Below, piece by piece: positions 19,261-31,838 of a DNA stretch of 64,000 nt. A program made the position numbers and the translations under genes. How positions within the stretch are numbered: position 1 is the first letter of the stretch; each line of letters begins with the position of its first letter. The stretch covers positions 372,001 through 436,000 of the forward strand of contig JBEUKZ010000084.1 in assembly GCA_048128005.1 (NCBI GenBank), written 5' to 3'. The notes under the pieces are model-generated. The model had not been told where the DNA came from. It did not search any database and saw nothing but the letters and a program-made list of their open reading frames with translations. Source of the DNA: Veleropilina oligotropha. Its lineage: Eukaryota.

Positions 19261-20779
19261 CACTCACTGAAGATACTAGGACACAAAACGATTTGCCCTG
19301 GGTCGCCTTATTGTTTATCTTTGGGTGGTTGAAAAATATTCTAATCAATGCGAATAAATAATGCCTCTACCGTATGACTACAGGCCACTTTATTATGATG
19401 AGATCGCGAAATGTTCATTTTGCATGCTTTCAAATGAGCATCAATTCCTGATTAGCACTTCATTCTCTGTAAGGCATCGGGTGGTCCATTATTTATTGGA
19501 GAAAACATTGTTCAGTGCTTTTCCGCCAATTATTTGCGACAAAACGTGGCACCTTTAACCTGTACCTATTTTGGTGGATTCACAGCCCTTAATGTCGCCA
19601 TCTTTCAATTGCATTTCTCCAGGGATCGCAGGATTCGGAAACCATGGTCGAATTAGCGCGATAGAAGGACAAACATTCTACGAAATGTTATTAACTAACT
19701 CTGGTGGTAATGATAATCGAGGCAGCGGGTATTGATTTCGCACCGCTCATGGTTCCAGCCAGGTTCAAACGCTGGTCAGAGTTGAAATAATTAACATGGA
19801 TGAGGCATTGGCAAAATCAAACACGGACACTTCATTATGGCGGGTTATTGCTCGTATTAAATCCAGATCCTCCGAAGCTCGGATTATACCATGTGAGCTT
19901 TGTATAAATTTATTACAAATCTCATTGATGAGTTTGTGTTTGTTTTTCCATACACGGCCGAAGATCCTGGATATTTGAATAATGCAGTTATTTAATGCAT
20001 CGCCTATCGAGGTCTGATTAATTTATTACAAGGTGGAAGGTTGTAAAAGGATTTAACGATACTATAGGGACATCATATCGTGCTACCATTTCATATATTT
20101 TTGATAAAAGCAATATTCCTTCAAGTAACATTTCATAATGTCATTTTTGTCAGATTATAAATAGCTACAGCTTAAATCCTGGACATGAAATGTGTGAATA
20201 TTTTGACGTATTGTCTGTTACTGATACAACTAAGTAATATTCAGATGCGTAATGATTTTCAGCTTCACACCAACACTCGTACAGAAATATCGAATGGCTC
20301 ATTAATCGTACATTATTAAAATTCGTTAGACATCGTTATGGATTCTTGTCACAAGTACACAAGACAATTATCACTGGGCGTAATAATCTTTAGTCAAATC
20401 ACATGCCATTGTTCAACCTTATATAAGTATGTTATAACTAAATGACCGGCTTGCAAGAACCTAGTTTGAGTGAAATAAGAGCAGTCATATGTGGCCGCCC
20501 GATAGTATAGTGGACTATTAAAGGGCATGGCTCCCAATTCATAGGAGTGAGTTAGATTCCTCGTCTGGGTATTTATGCCGTTAACAGTCACAGTTGTCCA
20601 TAACTGGCCGTTGTGGGTGGGTCTACCCAGGGGACTCCTCCTGAGGTAGTATGTCCGTGCATGACTTGAAGGATACTAAAATGGAACACTATGCATCAAA
20701 TCAAACAATAGCAAATTGCTCGCAAATTGACATTCATGTATATTATAAATTTGTAATATATAGAGGATATCGAACGAGT

Positions 20780-21282
20780 GTCCATTCCATATGAGAATTA
20801 TGAAACGAGTCGGGCACAATTTATGTACCGAGCCTTGGCGAGGTACATAAATTTGCTGACGAGTTTCATAATTCTCATATGAAATGGACACAAGTTTCAT
20901 ATCTTCTTTATCACATGACTTGATTAACCTTTAAACTTATTTTATTGCTTTTTTAAACACATTTCTTTACGTTTTAAAACTAATTTCTGTCAGTACTTTC
21001 AGCCATAAATTGCCATTGCCTCAGACGCATCACGCCTCGAAAGCACGAGCCACGCCAGTACGCCAATAAAAAATAGTTCAACGTCAGTAATCAACGAATC
21101 AACGCATATGAATTATTCAATATGTTAATGGAGGTGATGCGCCGCCTAATCAGCTTGGCGCCAGATGCGACGACAGGGCGTCTCGCTCTCCCTCATTTGC
21201 ATACTTATGAGAGGTGTCTTTTTATATAGAAATTTATGGAACGGCTACCACAGTTCCATAACAGCTTTGTCATGTGATAATA
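20780..21282. repeat. Non-autonomous repeat with internal and terminal inverted repeats
   Basis: ccattccatatgagaattatgaaac / gtttcataattctcatatgaaatgg, and tatcacatgac / gtcatgtgata. Confidence 0.4.
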
Positions 21283-22145
21283 GTATATATGATATACAGT
21301 CAAAATTACAAACTTTTCAACATGTTCAAGTGCTGGCTATATTTGCAGACTTGCGTGTGATTTCTGTTAATGTTTCATTATACCGCAGACGTAAGTGACG
21401 ACTTGTTCGTCGATGTTTGCGTGGTTTGAGAGGTTGCCAGTTTCTGTCTTGTTTGCTGAATGGCTTCCCTGGCAGGGAGGGCGGTATCTGACGCATCAGG
21501 TGGCCCCTGATGACGGTATTCAGTGCCAAGTCAAAGGCTGGAAATCAAGGCTATCTCTGCTGCCAGGGGAAATATGCTACTAAATGCTTTCACAGACTTT
21601 TTGATAAAAAATTTAAGATTGATTTAATGCACTGTACTGAATGCCATAAATAAGCAGGAAAATTGTTTTGAAGAAATTTTGATATTAAATTGTCAATGTT
21701 GGGGTAAATTAAAACCCACACTCAGATACCGCACAGTGAAAGATAGTAGATATCACATGCAAAGCCAACATTAGGATGTAGATATCATGTTCTGTTGGGC
21801 GCTGACGGGTGCTTGTTTTGGGGTCTATTTCGGACACTGTGTAATATATAAATTCCACCAAGCAGATGTTTGATCTTTCTCCACAATTCTTGCAAATAAA
21901 CAATATGAAAAGATAATGCAAAGAGGTAATGGATTGTAGAGAAAGAATAAAGATGTTTCTATATTTAATTAATTTTCTTTGAAATGTCAATGTGTTTGTC
22001 AAATTATATTTTAATTTTATTATTGATTTCTGTGTCTTATTATAACTGTTGACACAATAAGTCATAAGTATGATATTGAAAGACGTAACATTGTTGCTCT
22101 CATTTAAAAATAGTACTTTGCAGTAATTATTACTTTTATAAGATG

Positions 22146-22425
22146 CAGGGTTAGCTTTGCCATTCGCCATTGGCGAATTTTACATTAATTTGGCGAATAA
22201 AATATCTGGTTGGCAAATGTATTATTTATTTGTTTCTCGAAACAAAATGTTATCAAAATGGATCAAAGTTTGATGTGTAAAATTAACATTTATTATAAAA
22301 AAATAATTTGTGACAAATTGCACAAATGATCACCATACCTATTCAATTGAAAACTACTGTAAATATGGACAACAATACACTAGGCAGAAAGAATATCAAA
22401 TGGCGAATAAAAAGGGCTAACCCTG
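22146..22425. mobile_element. MITE with CAGGGTTAGC terminal inverted repeats
   Basis: cagggttagc...gctaaccctg flanked by agatg on both sides; a related copy in opposite orientation lies at ~45418-45775. Confidence 0.6.
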
Positions 22426-22461
22426 AGATGTCACTATATGTTGAAATTCTTCTCATTTCAG

Positions 22462-22523
22462 GGTAGTGTTCCAATATGGGAGGATTTTATATACAAATCA
22501 ACGAAGTTAAACTCAACGATAAG
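22462..22523 (+). CDS. MTSS1: MTSS1/MIM-like I-BAR protein, first coding exon found (GSVPIWEDFIYKSTKLNSTIR)
   Basis: tttcag acceptor, gtgagt donor; resembles the MIM IMD segment GSYPVWEDF; phase fits the next exon. Confidence 0.88.
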
Positions 22524-24130
22524 GTGAGTTAGCTTGCATTTGTTTAGCGATTCGTAAATAGAATCTGTCCTATGTTTACTGTATTGTTGAAAGAGCCGAT
22601 GTCATATTATGGATCAGGATACTCCTAACGTCAAGGCAGTGGCCAAATTACATAATAGATACATGGGTCACGCTACAGGGCAAAGTGGGCGAAGAAGTCA
22701 CGCTGAAATGTCTGACTTCGCTTAGGTTCGACAAAAAAGCGAAGTCCACTTCGCCTTGGTGTCGCCTTTGATTTAACGCTAATCAAACAGTCACACATCG
22801 TCACGAAGCAAACACAAAGAGATAAATTAATTTATGTACTAATACTTAATTAAAGAGAATTTTTAAAACTCGCTTTATAAATATTAAAATCTAACGAGGC
22901 ATTATGGTTAACACTTTTTGAAAGTTTTTCATATGAATTTTTGCGACAACTTCAAATGGATCAAACTAATTACGTATTATTTTTATTCCAAAAACAAAGA
23001 CATATACCGATGAATTGTGCGACACGTTCTTCGTTGTCGGTAACCCCGCTGTGAAATTTCCGTAATACAGCGTATTTTTTGCGACCAAAGAATCTATCGA
23101 CACAATTCTCCACATGGTAAACAAAGCAGCCATTATTTCTAAGGGGTTTACACGAATGTAATCACGGTTGTTTACGATCGCACTTCGGCTGTTTCCGTGA
23201 TTTTAACACGCATTGAAAATTAGTTTCGGCAATTAATTTTGCAGTAACAATGAAAATACTGTCGGGGTTATTTCAAAGTTAACAATTGTATTTTGTTCAC
23301 AATGAATGCGTGTGTCAGATAATGATATATACAGGGAATACAGGCTTTATATTACAAGTGAAAGTTGTCGCCATAGACTGTACCAATATCCAATGTAACT
23401 AAACTATGTAAAAAGGGGATTTCCACAAAATATCACCATCTTCAGTATGAAACAAACGATCGACAATGAACACTGTATAATTTCTCGTGATGGACCAATC
23501 ATGTAGAAATTTGATTTTAGTCTGATCTTGATAAATGGAAATATATAACATTTAATATAATATTTTATTTTATTTTAATTATTTACATATACATTATATT
23601 AAATTGAATATATAAACAATACATATAGACAAACAGTTGTAAAAATATTATTACTACAAAATGGCATTAAAAACAATAATTACTCAAATTTTGTCATGTT
23701 TTTTTATTTCGCATTTTACAATATTGAAACTTCTCTCTCTGTCAGCTCTGACTTCTCCTTGTTGGGTCTCGAAAGAGAAGTCACTTCTCCCTGTCAATTT
23801 CACCCAGCTTGACCCCTGTAGATAATACACTGCAACCTGAACGATATCATGTTATGTGGACATCGCCGATGGGTGTCAGTGTATTATCGGTTATACAAAA
23901 TCTATTGTAAATTGCAAGCTGCAACCCCTTAAAACATGGAATAGCCCATGATACCACCCCATGGGCATGATATGAAATTTTGGACTCTTCCATTCAAAGG
24001 ACTCGGACACCTTGTCAAATCCTTTGTGAAGGCAATCTGCTGGGTGCAACCCGAGTTAATCCCATTGTGTGAGCAATTACCTGCAACAATGGAGAATCTA
24101 CCACTGCGAGTGCTCTTGTTCAGATATCAA

Positions 24131-24247
24131 GCTCCTGGTGCGTACGGATGCACGGCGGGCGGTCCTCGTTGATCACTGAAGTGAGGCAGCGTTGATTATG
24201 ATCAGTGTTTGGATGGGAGACCATGCCAGATACTGGTTGGCAATGTC
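24131..24247 (+). mobile_element. 5S rRNA-derived SINE remnant or 5S pseudogene
   Basis: ctcgttgatcactgaagtgaggcagcg...tttggatgggagacc resembles the 5S internal control region; 5' end is not 5S-like. Confidence 0.55.
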
Positions 24248-24289
24248 ATTGATGTATATATATATATCAGATAGAGACATTAAATCTGG

Positions 24290-24620
24290 GATTTTCGACT
24301 ACCATACGGCAGAAAAATTATTAAAATTTTGCAGTAAAACTAAACGATAATATCATACTTTAAAACGGACCTTTAAATATTCTGGGGCTCAAATTTGGAA
24401 TGACCTTACACATACTGTGCAAAATTCAAAAGATGTAATTTGTTTCAAGCGACTAATGAAACAACATATAATGTCCATGGATACCAGAAGACGCTAATTA
24501 TTATTTTTGGTATCGGACTGGTATTTCATGATATATTTTGACACATTTGCTGTTTGATTTGGTTTTTTTGTTTTTTGTTTTGTTTATATATAACTTCTGA
24601 TGTTGTTCTGTAAATATGTA
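24290..24620 (+). mobile_element. 5'-truncated CR1/L2-type LINE 3' end, split by E3 and continuing at 32080-32180
   Basis: Translates to KRTFKYSGAQIWNDL...FKRLMKQH, typical of a CR1/L2 ORF2 C-terminus; aataaa and (tta)n tail follow E3. Confidence 0.6.
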
Positions 24621-24841
24621 CATATATAGTTACAAACATACTTACGTCCTTACTCTTGCCATAATAGTATATTATCGCCCAAACCGGAAATGGTGAATAT
24701 GTCCCATAATGCACCGTTAATAAGCCAAAAAAGCACACGGTTACCTCCCCTGCTCCTATCCCATCACGTTCCCTAGCGAGACTTCGCCAAGTCTCGCGAG
24801 ACTTCTGAACAATAGAAGTCACGAGACCTCAATTCAAAGTT
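24621..24841 (+). repeat. E3 left ITR
   Basis: Reverse complement of ~31839-32047. Confidence 0.9.
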
Positions 24842-25620
24842 TTCCGCTGTCGCGGAAAGACGTTGTTTTGCTCCGCAAATATTTCGATATAGGCGCCCGA
24901 TTTCACGTTAAATCAGGGCGCAGTTTCTGCTTATATAGTATATAAGTAGTGGAATATAACCCTGTGTTGTGGATCTAAAACACATGTGAATATAAGAAGA
25001 GTGATTCTCAAACTTCGAGGAAGTTCTGGACATCAAAGGAAACAGACATCGTCGTCAAGGACGCCGTGGCCGTTAAAGATGGCCGCTTAGAGGGAAAGTT
25101 TCGAGTGTTAGCTGAAATTTCTGGTCGGTATAATTATCTGATATTGTTTGAGACTGCAAAACAGGTAACTCATTATATTGGATAATTCCTTAACAACGCT
25201 ATTTGCTGGTTATTTATTATATAAAAAATTTCTAGCGTTGTTAAAAAGGCAGGATCTTTTGATATTAAGCTTGCGTTAATTTTCTGATATCCTGCCGTGG
25301 CTGGGATAATACGCCATTGTACTAACATAAAACATCCACGAGGTTTTCAGGTGTTTTTCTGGGCGGTTTTTTCGAGGAAATAACCTCCCTTTGTTTTAGT
25401 CAATTTGCCGGGTTACCGGGTCGGTCGGGTAAATACCCGACCTCGGTGTTCCCAGTTCGGGGTTTTTAATAACGGTATATCGCTTGATCTCTAATCTTCA
25501 GATCAGGACAATTCTGTGAGTTGTCGTAGTACTCCCTCCAAGGAAAGAAGTCTCAACTACCATATATATACCTATTTATCTACCCCGTCTACCCACGTCC
25601 ACCCTCCCGTGTATTTAGCT

Positions 25621-27870
25621 ATGGTCCGGTGCAGTAGCTCCGGGTGTAACCAGAAAATTCACGCATTTGATAGGCACAAGGAATGTTGTACTCACCGTAG
25701 CTGTAGTATACATCATCAATGTGATCTGTGCTTTCTTCTATCAGATAAGCAGTGGGCAACCCTGTCTCACCACGGTAAGTCGACCAGGGCGACTGCCACG
25801 GTGGGTCCTCCCCCGGAGAAGGGTCAGGAACAGACCGGTAAGTTACCTAACGTTTCTTCTTTGTCTGCTTCAGGGACGCTGGACGACAGCCGACACAAGG
25901 GGACGTCTGTCGCCGGATCCACCGGCGAAACCTCCGCGACTCTTGGGAGAGTCACCGAAACCTTGCCGGTACCCAAGATTCAGGTAAAGACCCGAGTGTC
26001 GACCGATCCTCCAAAACCGGGCCTAGTAGCTGCAGTCAGCCATACCTTGCCGGCTAGCAAGGTATACATGACAGCGCAGCGAACAGCTGTACAGGGCAGA
26101 CCATCCCCATCCTTTTCTTCGGCCTCGAAGAATAAGGGGACAGTTAGTCCTTCTGCGGGAAACTCACCGTCTTCCTACGGTGACAGACCCAATGCAGAGA
26201 AAGCCTTTAAAGAGGCCGGGCACCTACTTGTAGGTCTAAGACTCGGACAATCGGCGAAACCTGAATCCTCGGTCGAGAACGATGCGACTTCCCCTAGGGG
26301 TTTTCCGCTCAACCTCGAAGCTCACGAGACATTCAGAGGGCCCGGTCTCTCCCGTGCACCCACCGTGGTCACGCTAGAGAACGTGGACAGACCGGCTGCG
26401 TTCGGGACGGGGTTCTACGGCGGTTTTCCGTCCGTGCCTCGCTCGAACAGAGTGGTAGACCGATCAGAACTGTTGCCGCAGTCCTATCGGTCGTCCGGCC
26501 CACTGACTGTGCCTTCGGGCCAGTCCTTCGGGTTCGACCCCTCGACAAGTGCCCGTGGACCCTGGTCCTCGGTTCGACCTGTCAATGCAGCCCGTCTACC
26601 TAGCGCCACGGTTACCTCGACAGAACTACCGGCTGTTAGTTCATCGCCCGTCCTGCCTTCGGGTTTCTCTTTTGAGAACGTCCAGGCATGGATCGCGGCG
26701 GGGATCGAGGAACGGTGTAAGGCCTGGCCGACGGCTCCCGAGCCGCACCTGGTACCTACACTTCTGCCCATGGCGCAGAGCACGGCTCCTGCCTCAGTGA
26801 TAGACATCGACCCTCGTTCCAACGAGGATCTCTGTTCAAATCACACCGACCTCCCTGAATCGGTCGGGTCCGAAGACATTAGTCTTACAGGCACGCAGGA
26901 GCCGACCTCCTCCACCCGCCGAAGGCTCGACGCTGTTGCGTCACTTCGCGGGGTGCTTGGCTTGTCGGAACCGACTCGGTCGGCTGTAGACGTAGCCAAG
27001 CATAGGACGGCAGCACATCGGTTTGTTGCGAGGGAAGCCCCCGAGCTCCCCTCCTTACCTCAGTCCGGGCTGGTGGATCTTGTTGTAGACTCGATCACCA
27101 AGCTCGTTCAGGGGCGCAATCCGGTGGAGTCCTCCCCGCTGAACGAGTTCCCTTCGGGGTTCCGTAGTGGGAGGTACCTCCGGGCCAGTACTCGAGCGAT
27201 CCCGTTCGAATGCACTGGCCCGTGCCTGGCGACTGAGCCGGCTCGTGTTGACGCTTCGTTGCGTCGACTGACCGCCAGTCACACTCCCTCCGTAGCGAAA
27301 GTTCCTTGGTCCGCCTTGGAAGCTTTCGAGAGCTCCGCCCGACGGGCTCTGCGGCTATCGTCCGTTCAGGATTTTTTCCTAGACGGGGCGATAGCCGTAT
27401 TACAGGAGAATGGACCCGGCGCCACCGAGGCTGCCCTGTCCTTCCTCCAGGAGGTTGCTGCCGCGCAGGAGACCAGCGCGTTGGAGACGGGACGTGTCCT
27501 GGGAAATGCCCTCCTACTACGTAGGGATGCTTGCCTGGAAGGTACCTCGCTGGACGAGCCCACCCGGCGCTCGTTGTGATGCGTACCTTGCTCGGCCACC
27601 ACTCTCTTTGGTGACAACTTCACGGAGTTTGTTGACAAGAGAGCGGCGGACATTAAGGACCGTGCCATCGAGAAGGCAGTACTGCTCCCCACCCGGGGTC
27701 CACCTGCCAACTCGAAGAAGCGCTCCGGGCCCACCCCGGCCCCGAAGCCTTCTAAGCGTGCGAAGCCCTCTTCGGGTGGTAGGCCTCCGGCCAATAAACC
27801 CACTCCAAAGAGGCGAGCACCTCCAGCGAAATCCCGCAAGCAGAGCGGGATAGGGAAGCCTCGGCCCTAG
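25621..27870 (+). pseudogene. gag: E3 gag with an in-frame nonsense codon (TGA 27577-27579)
   Basis: Homology continues in frame after the TGA (Arg in E1 and E2) to KPRP-TAG at 27868-27870. Confidence 0.85.
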
Positions 27871-27897
27871 GGCTGCCGGCATTCGCGACGGCCCCAG

Positions 27898-30855
27898 TTG
27901 CCCGCTCCCGCCGGTGGGAGCGTGCCTGTTAGCACACAGCCAGCCCTGGCTAGAGCTGACAGACAGCAACTGGGTCCACTTAGTCGTGAGTGCCGGATAC
28001 AAGTTGGCATTCAACCGGCATCCGACCTTAACCGAGGCACCACCAACAAGACACGCTCGCCTCCTAAACGGAGAGAAACAAGCGGTCTTAGACCAGGCAG
28101 TGCGGGATTTGCTCCTAAAAAGAGCGATATATCCCGCGCCGCCCAGCACACCAGGATTTTACAGCCATTTCTTCCTGGTCCCGAAACCCGATGGCCGCTG
28201 GAGACCGATCCTCGATCTCTCGTACCTAAACCTATATCTTCGTACCGAGAAATTCCAGCAAGAAACCCTCTCGAAGATTCGAGCGGCCATCCGTCCGGGC
28301 GACTGGGCAGCGTCTATCGATCTCGCCGACGCGTATCTGCATGTCCCGATGCATATCACGGCTCATCAGTACCTTCGGTTTATACACGGGGAGACGATCT
28401 ACCAATTCAGGTGCCTACCGTTCGGTCTATCGTCAGCCCCGTACGTCTTCACGAGAACAGTACAGGCCCTGGGGGCCTTCCTACACTCTCTAGGGCACAG
28501 GGTACATATGTACCTCGACGACTGGCTGATCCTCGGGGCGTCCCGAGATCTGTGCCTCCGGTCTACGAGCTTTACCCTGTCATCGACGAAGCGCCTGGGA
28601 TTTCAGATCAACGAGACAAAATCCTGCTTCGTGCCCTCGACGACGTTTACGTTCCTCGGAGTCGACTTCGATACGGTCCGGTACACCGCGAAGCCGACCC
28701 AGAAGCGTATGCGGAACCTACGCGCGGTTATCCAAGACACCCTGTCATCGGACATAACTACGGCGCGACAACTGGCCACTGTCCTGGGGCACATCGAGTC
28801 GGTAGCGCCCCTGCTACCGACGGGTCGCATGGACAAAAGACCGTTACAACAGGCTTTCAGGGATCGCTGGATACAACGGACGGGGCAGTGGAAGGATCGC
28901 ATCGATCTACGGCATTGGTTTACCGACACGACAGCAGTGTGGTTGAACCCCGCTTTGCCGGACCAGTCGGTTCCTATATCCCCACCAGAGCCGAACGCTT
29001 ACCTGTTCACAGACGCTTCGAACGACGGCTGGGGTGGTCACCTCGACAGTTACGAGACATCAGGCCTATGGCCGACAGACCTTCAGGGACGACATATCAA
29101 CTTCCTAGAGTTAGAAGCCGTCTACCTGTCAGTACGGTCCCTCTCGTCACATCTCCGCAACAAGCATATAATGCTCGCCACGGACAACACGACTGTCGTC
29201 GCTTACATACAGCACCAGGGCGGTACACGCTCGCGTCCCCTATGCGACCGAGCAATAGACCTACACCGCTTAGTGATGTCCCTCAACTCGACGATTCGAG
29301 CCCGACACATCCCGGGAAAGCTGAATGTCAGAGCGGATTCGCTCTCTCGGAGATCACAGATTATACACACAGAGTGGACGCTACACAGCCGAGTAGCTCG
29401 GGATGTTTGCCGCCGGTGGTCGCAACCCCAAGTCGACTTGTTTGCAACAGAATTCAATTACCGACTACCTCTGTATGTCTCCCCGTACCCAGACCCGGCC
29501 GCCCTGGCGGTCGACGCAATGTCAATGACATGGGAGAATCTGTCCGCGTATGCCTTCCCCCCGACGTGCATTCTATCACTGGTATTACAGAAGGCAGCGA
29601 CCGAACGTTGCGAGATAACGCTAATAGCGCCCCTGTATCGCACGCAACCTTGGTTTCCGACCCTCCTCGATCTGATCGTCGATCGACCGTTAGCGTTACC
29701 GCAGAAACTAGACCTGTTAATGCAACCACGCACCCGTGTACTCCACGAGTCGCCGAACCACTTACGTTTACACGCCTGGCGGTTATCGAACGATCCCTTG
29801 CTAAGAAAGGATTTTCTAAAGCTACAGCCTTACGTATCTACCGATCGAGAAGGATTTCCACTACAAAAGTCTATGACTACCGATGGGTTAAGTACGTGGA
29901 TTGGTGTCACAGCAGGCAGATCAATATACTCCGTCCCCCTGTGAACAAGTTTATCGAGTTTTTATCGTCGCTCTTCGACCGCGGTATGTCAGTGTCCGCC
30001 GTCAAAGGCTATCGGGCAACGATCGCGACCACGCTAAAGCAGTGTCGTGCCCATGCTGGCCTATCAAGCGACCGAACGATATCAGATTTTATACGATCTT
30101 ATGAACTCGAGATACCGACCCGAAGAATTAAGCCACCTGCCTGGAATATCGTACTTATTCTTAACGCATTACTCTTACCCCCGTATGAGCCGATGTCCGA
30201 GATAACCATGAGGAACTTGACGCACAAAACAGTTTTTCTGATCGCCTTAGCGTCGGGCAGGCGTTGTTCCGAGATTCATGCTTTCTCCTCCGAGCTAAGA
30301 GACATACGATTCCAGTCAGACGGGTCGGTGATACTGCGTCCCATTCTGGGCTTCTTAGCCAAGAACCAGCGGCCGAACGAGGACGCACCCGATGTTGTTA
30401 TTCCCAAGCTAACGCTAGTCGGAAGGCGCGACGCAGACCGCTTCAATTGCCCGGTCCGGGCGCTTCGATTCTACCTAGACAGAACCCGTGAGTTGCGACA
30501 GGGAAAATTACGTTTATTCATTTCGTATTTGCCCACCTACACCCGCGACATTACGAGGACTACTGTTTCGCGGTGGATTTCACAAACTGTGAGAGATGTT
30601 TACATCCGTTGTGATGACGACGACCGAACTATTTTATCGGTCCGCGCACATGAGGTCCGGGCCATTGCAGCGTCTGTAGCCTTCCGACATAATTTAAATA
30701 TCAATGCGTTACTACAGGCCGGATATTGGAAAAACGCTAACGTGTTTGTCAAACATTATCTGCGCGACTACTCAACCGGGGCTGATGGCCTAAGCAGTTT
30801 ACACTGTGTTGCTGCACAACGGGTTATTGTTAGACCGAGGTCTTCTAATCAGTAA
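27898..30855 (+). CDS. E3 tyrosine recombinase ORF (frame open from 27871)
   Basis: RCSEI, CPVRAL, HEVR, W, FVKHY. Confidence 0.93.
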   Translation: MPAPAGGSVPVSTQPALARADRQQLGPLSRECRIQVGIQPASDLNRGTTNKTRSPPKRRETSGLRPGSAGFAPKKSDISRAAQHTRILQPFLPGPETRWPLETDPRSLVPKPISSYREIPARNPLEDSSGHPSGRLGSVYRSRRRVSACPDAYHGSSVPSVYTRGDDLPIQVPTVRSIVSPVRLHENSTGPGGLPTLSRAQGTYVPRRLADPRGVPRSVPPVYELYPVIDEAPGISDQRDKILLRALDDVYVPRSRLRYGPVHREADPEAYAEPTRGYPRHPVIGHNYGATTGHCPGAHRVGSAPATDGSHGQKTVTTGFQGSLDTTDGAVEGSHRSTALVYRHDSSVVEPRFAGPVGSYIPTRAERLPVHRRFERRLGWSPRQLRDIRPMADRPSGTTYQLPRVRSRLPVSTVPLVTSPQQAYNARHGQHDCRRLHTAPGRYTLASPMRPSNRPTPLSDVPQLDDSSPTHPGKAECQSGFALSEITDYTHRVDATQPSSSGCLPPVVATPSRLVCNRIQLPTTSVCLPVPRPGRPGGRRNVNDMGESVRVCLPPDVHSITGITEGSDRTLRDNANSAPVSHATLVSDPPRSDRRSTVSVTAETRPVNATTHPCTPRVAEPLTFTRLAVIERSLAKKGFSKATALRIYRSRRISTTKVYDYRWVKYVDWCHSRQINILRPPVNKFIEFLSSLFDRGMSVSAVKGYRATIATTLKQCRAHAGLSSDRTISDFIRSYELEIPTRRIKPPAWNIVLILNALLLPPYEPMSEITMRNLTHKTVFLIALASGRRCSEIHAFSSELRDIRFQSDGSVILRPILGFLAKNQRPNEDAPDVVIPKLTLVGRRDADRFNCPVRALRFYLDRTRELRQGKLRLFISYLPTYTRDITRTTVSRWISQTVRDVYIRCDDDDRTILSVRAHEVRAIAASVAFRHNLNINALLQAGYWKNANVFVKHYLRDYSTGADGLSSLHCVAAQRVIVRPRSSNQ
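27914..29944 (+). CDS. pol: E3 RT-RNase H-MT-like ORF
   Basis: YLDDWL, FTDASNDGWG, VDLFA...YAFPP. Confidence 0.95.
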   Translation: MGACLLAHSQPWLELTDSNWVHLVVSAGYKLAFNRHPTLTEAPPTRHARLLNGEKQAVLDQAVRDLLLKRAIYPAPPSTPGFYSHFFLVPKPDGRWRPILDLSYLNLYLRTEKFQQETLSKIRAAIRPGDWAASIDLADAYLHVPMHITAHQYLRFIHGETIYQFRCLPFGLSSAPYVFTRTVQALGAFLHSLGHRVHMYLDDWLILGASRDLCLRSTSFTLSSTKRLGFQINETKSCFVPSTTFTFLGVDFDTVRYTAKPTQKRMRNLRAVIQDTLSSDITTARQLATVLGHIESVAPLLPTGRMDKRPLQQAFRDRWIQRTGQWKDRIDLRHWFTDTTAVWLNPALPDQSVPISPPEPNAYLFTDASNDGWGGHLDSYETSGLWPTDLQGRHINFLELEAVYLSVRSLSSHLRNKHIMLATDNTTVVAYIQHQGGTRSRPLCDRAIDLHRLVMSLNSTIRARHIPGKLNVRADSLSRRSQIIHTEWTLHSRVARDVCRRWSQPQVDLFATEFNYRLPLYVSPYPDPAALAVDAMSMTWENLSAYAFPPTCILSLVLQKAATERCEITLIAPLYRTQPWFPTLLDLIVDRPLALPQKLDLLMQPRTRVLHESPNHLRLHAWRLSNDPLLRKDFLKLQPYVSTDREGFPLQKSMTTDGLSTWIGVTAGRSIYSVPL

Positions 30856-31687
30856 GTATTGTTCTCTGATTGCTCATTTGCATATTTACTGACGCCATTT
30901 TATTTTCGTTGGCCAAACGGTGCTATGTAATTAACACCTATGGGGCAGTTCAATGTCTGTTCATTTCTTAAATCTAATTTAAGATTTTGTACTTCTCATG
31001 TCAGACTGAGTGTTGACATAAGCCAGATCACATTGAATTTAATAAAACAACTTTGATAATTTTGCACAAATCTTAAAAAGATTAGGGTTCAATATTATTA
31101 TGTTCTTTGCTGTAATCGAACATACGATGTTCAATACATTTAAAATGTTGATTCCTTAACATTTATTTTAAGTAACATGTCGAACATTTTTGCTTCCTTA
31201 AAATTTATTTTAAGTGACATGTCGTCCATGTTAGCGTTCGCAAGTTGGTCATACGAACTACTTATTAATATCGATTATTATATAATCTATTAATTCTTTG
31301 CTTTTGATTTTAAAGCTTTCACAACCTGTTAGGTTCCGTGTGCTTACAAATCCGACTGCATCCTCTGGCTACCGGCCTATAGGCCCGGAGTCCCATTTGG
31401 CTGCCACTGGTCCATGACACGTAAGACCTACAGGGATTTATCCTTCCGGCCGTGCCAGGGGCTGATTGCACTTCCGTTCACCTCGTCCGACTAACACCAC
31501 GGCGTATTCTCCCGGTAACACTGGTCGAAATTCTCGCCTGGTAAGAGTAGAATATAATACTCAGTAAAAATTCCACTCTAGGCGGACACACTCGACGCTT
31601 CATGCTGATCGAATTGGTGAAAAGTAAGTCATTATCTTGTTTGGGTTTGTTGTAAGGAACGTCTTACCCACCTATCCAAGGTTATTC

Positions 31688-31778
31688 TGGCAAGAGTAAG
31701 GACGTAAGTATGTTTGTAACTATATATGAGGTTTTAATGTAAACCTAATATTAGTATAAAACATACTTACGTCCTTAC
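31688..31778 (+). repeat. E3 ICR
   Basis: Complementary to both E3 termini. Confidence 0.92.
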
Positions 31779-31838
31779 ACGATTACCCACCCTGCGTTTC
31801 GCATTCCTCCCCTCTATTACGTTCCTTTGGGGTTTTTG

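Noticed and set aside
25165..25350. Possible leader intron in E3 (gtaact...tactaac...ttttcag)
   Set aside because: The donor is absent in E1 and the acceptor absent in E2; hairpin structure explains the conservation better.
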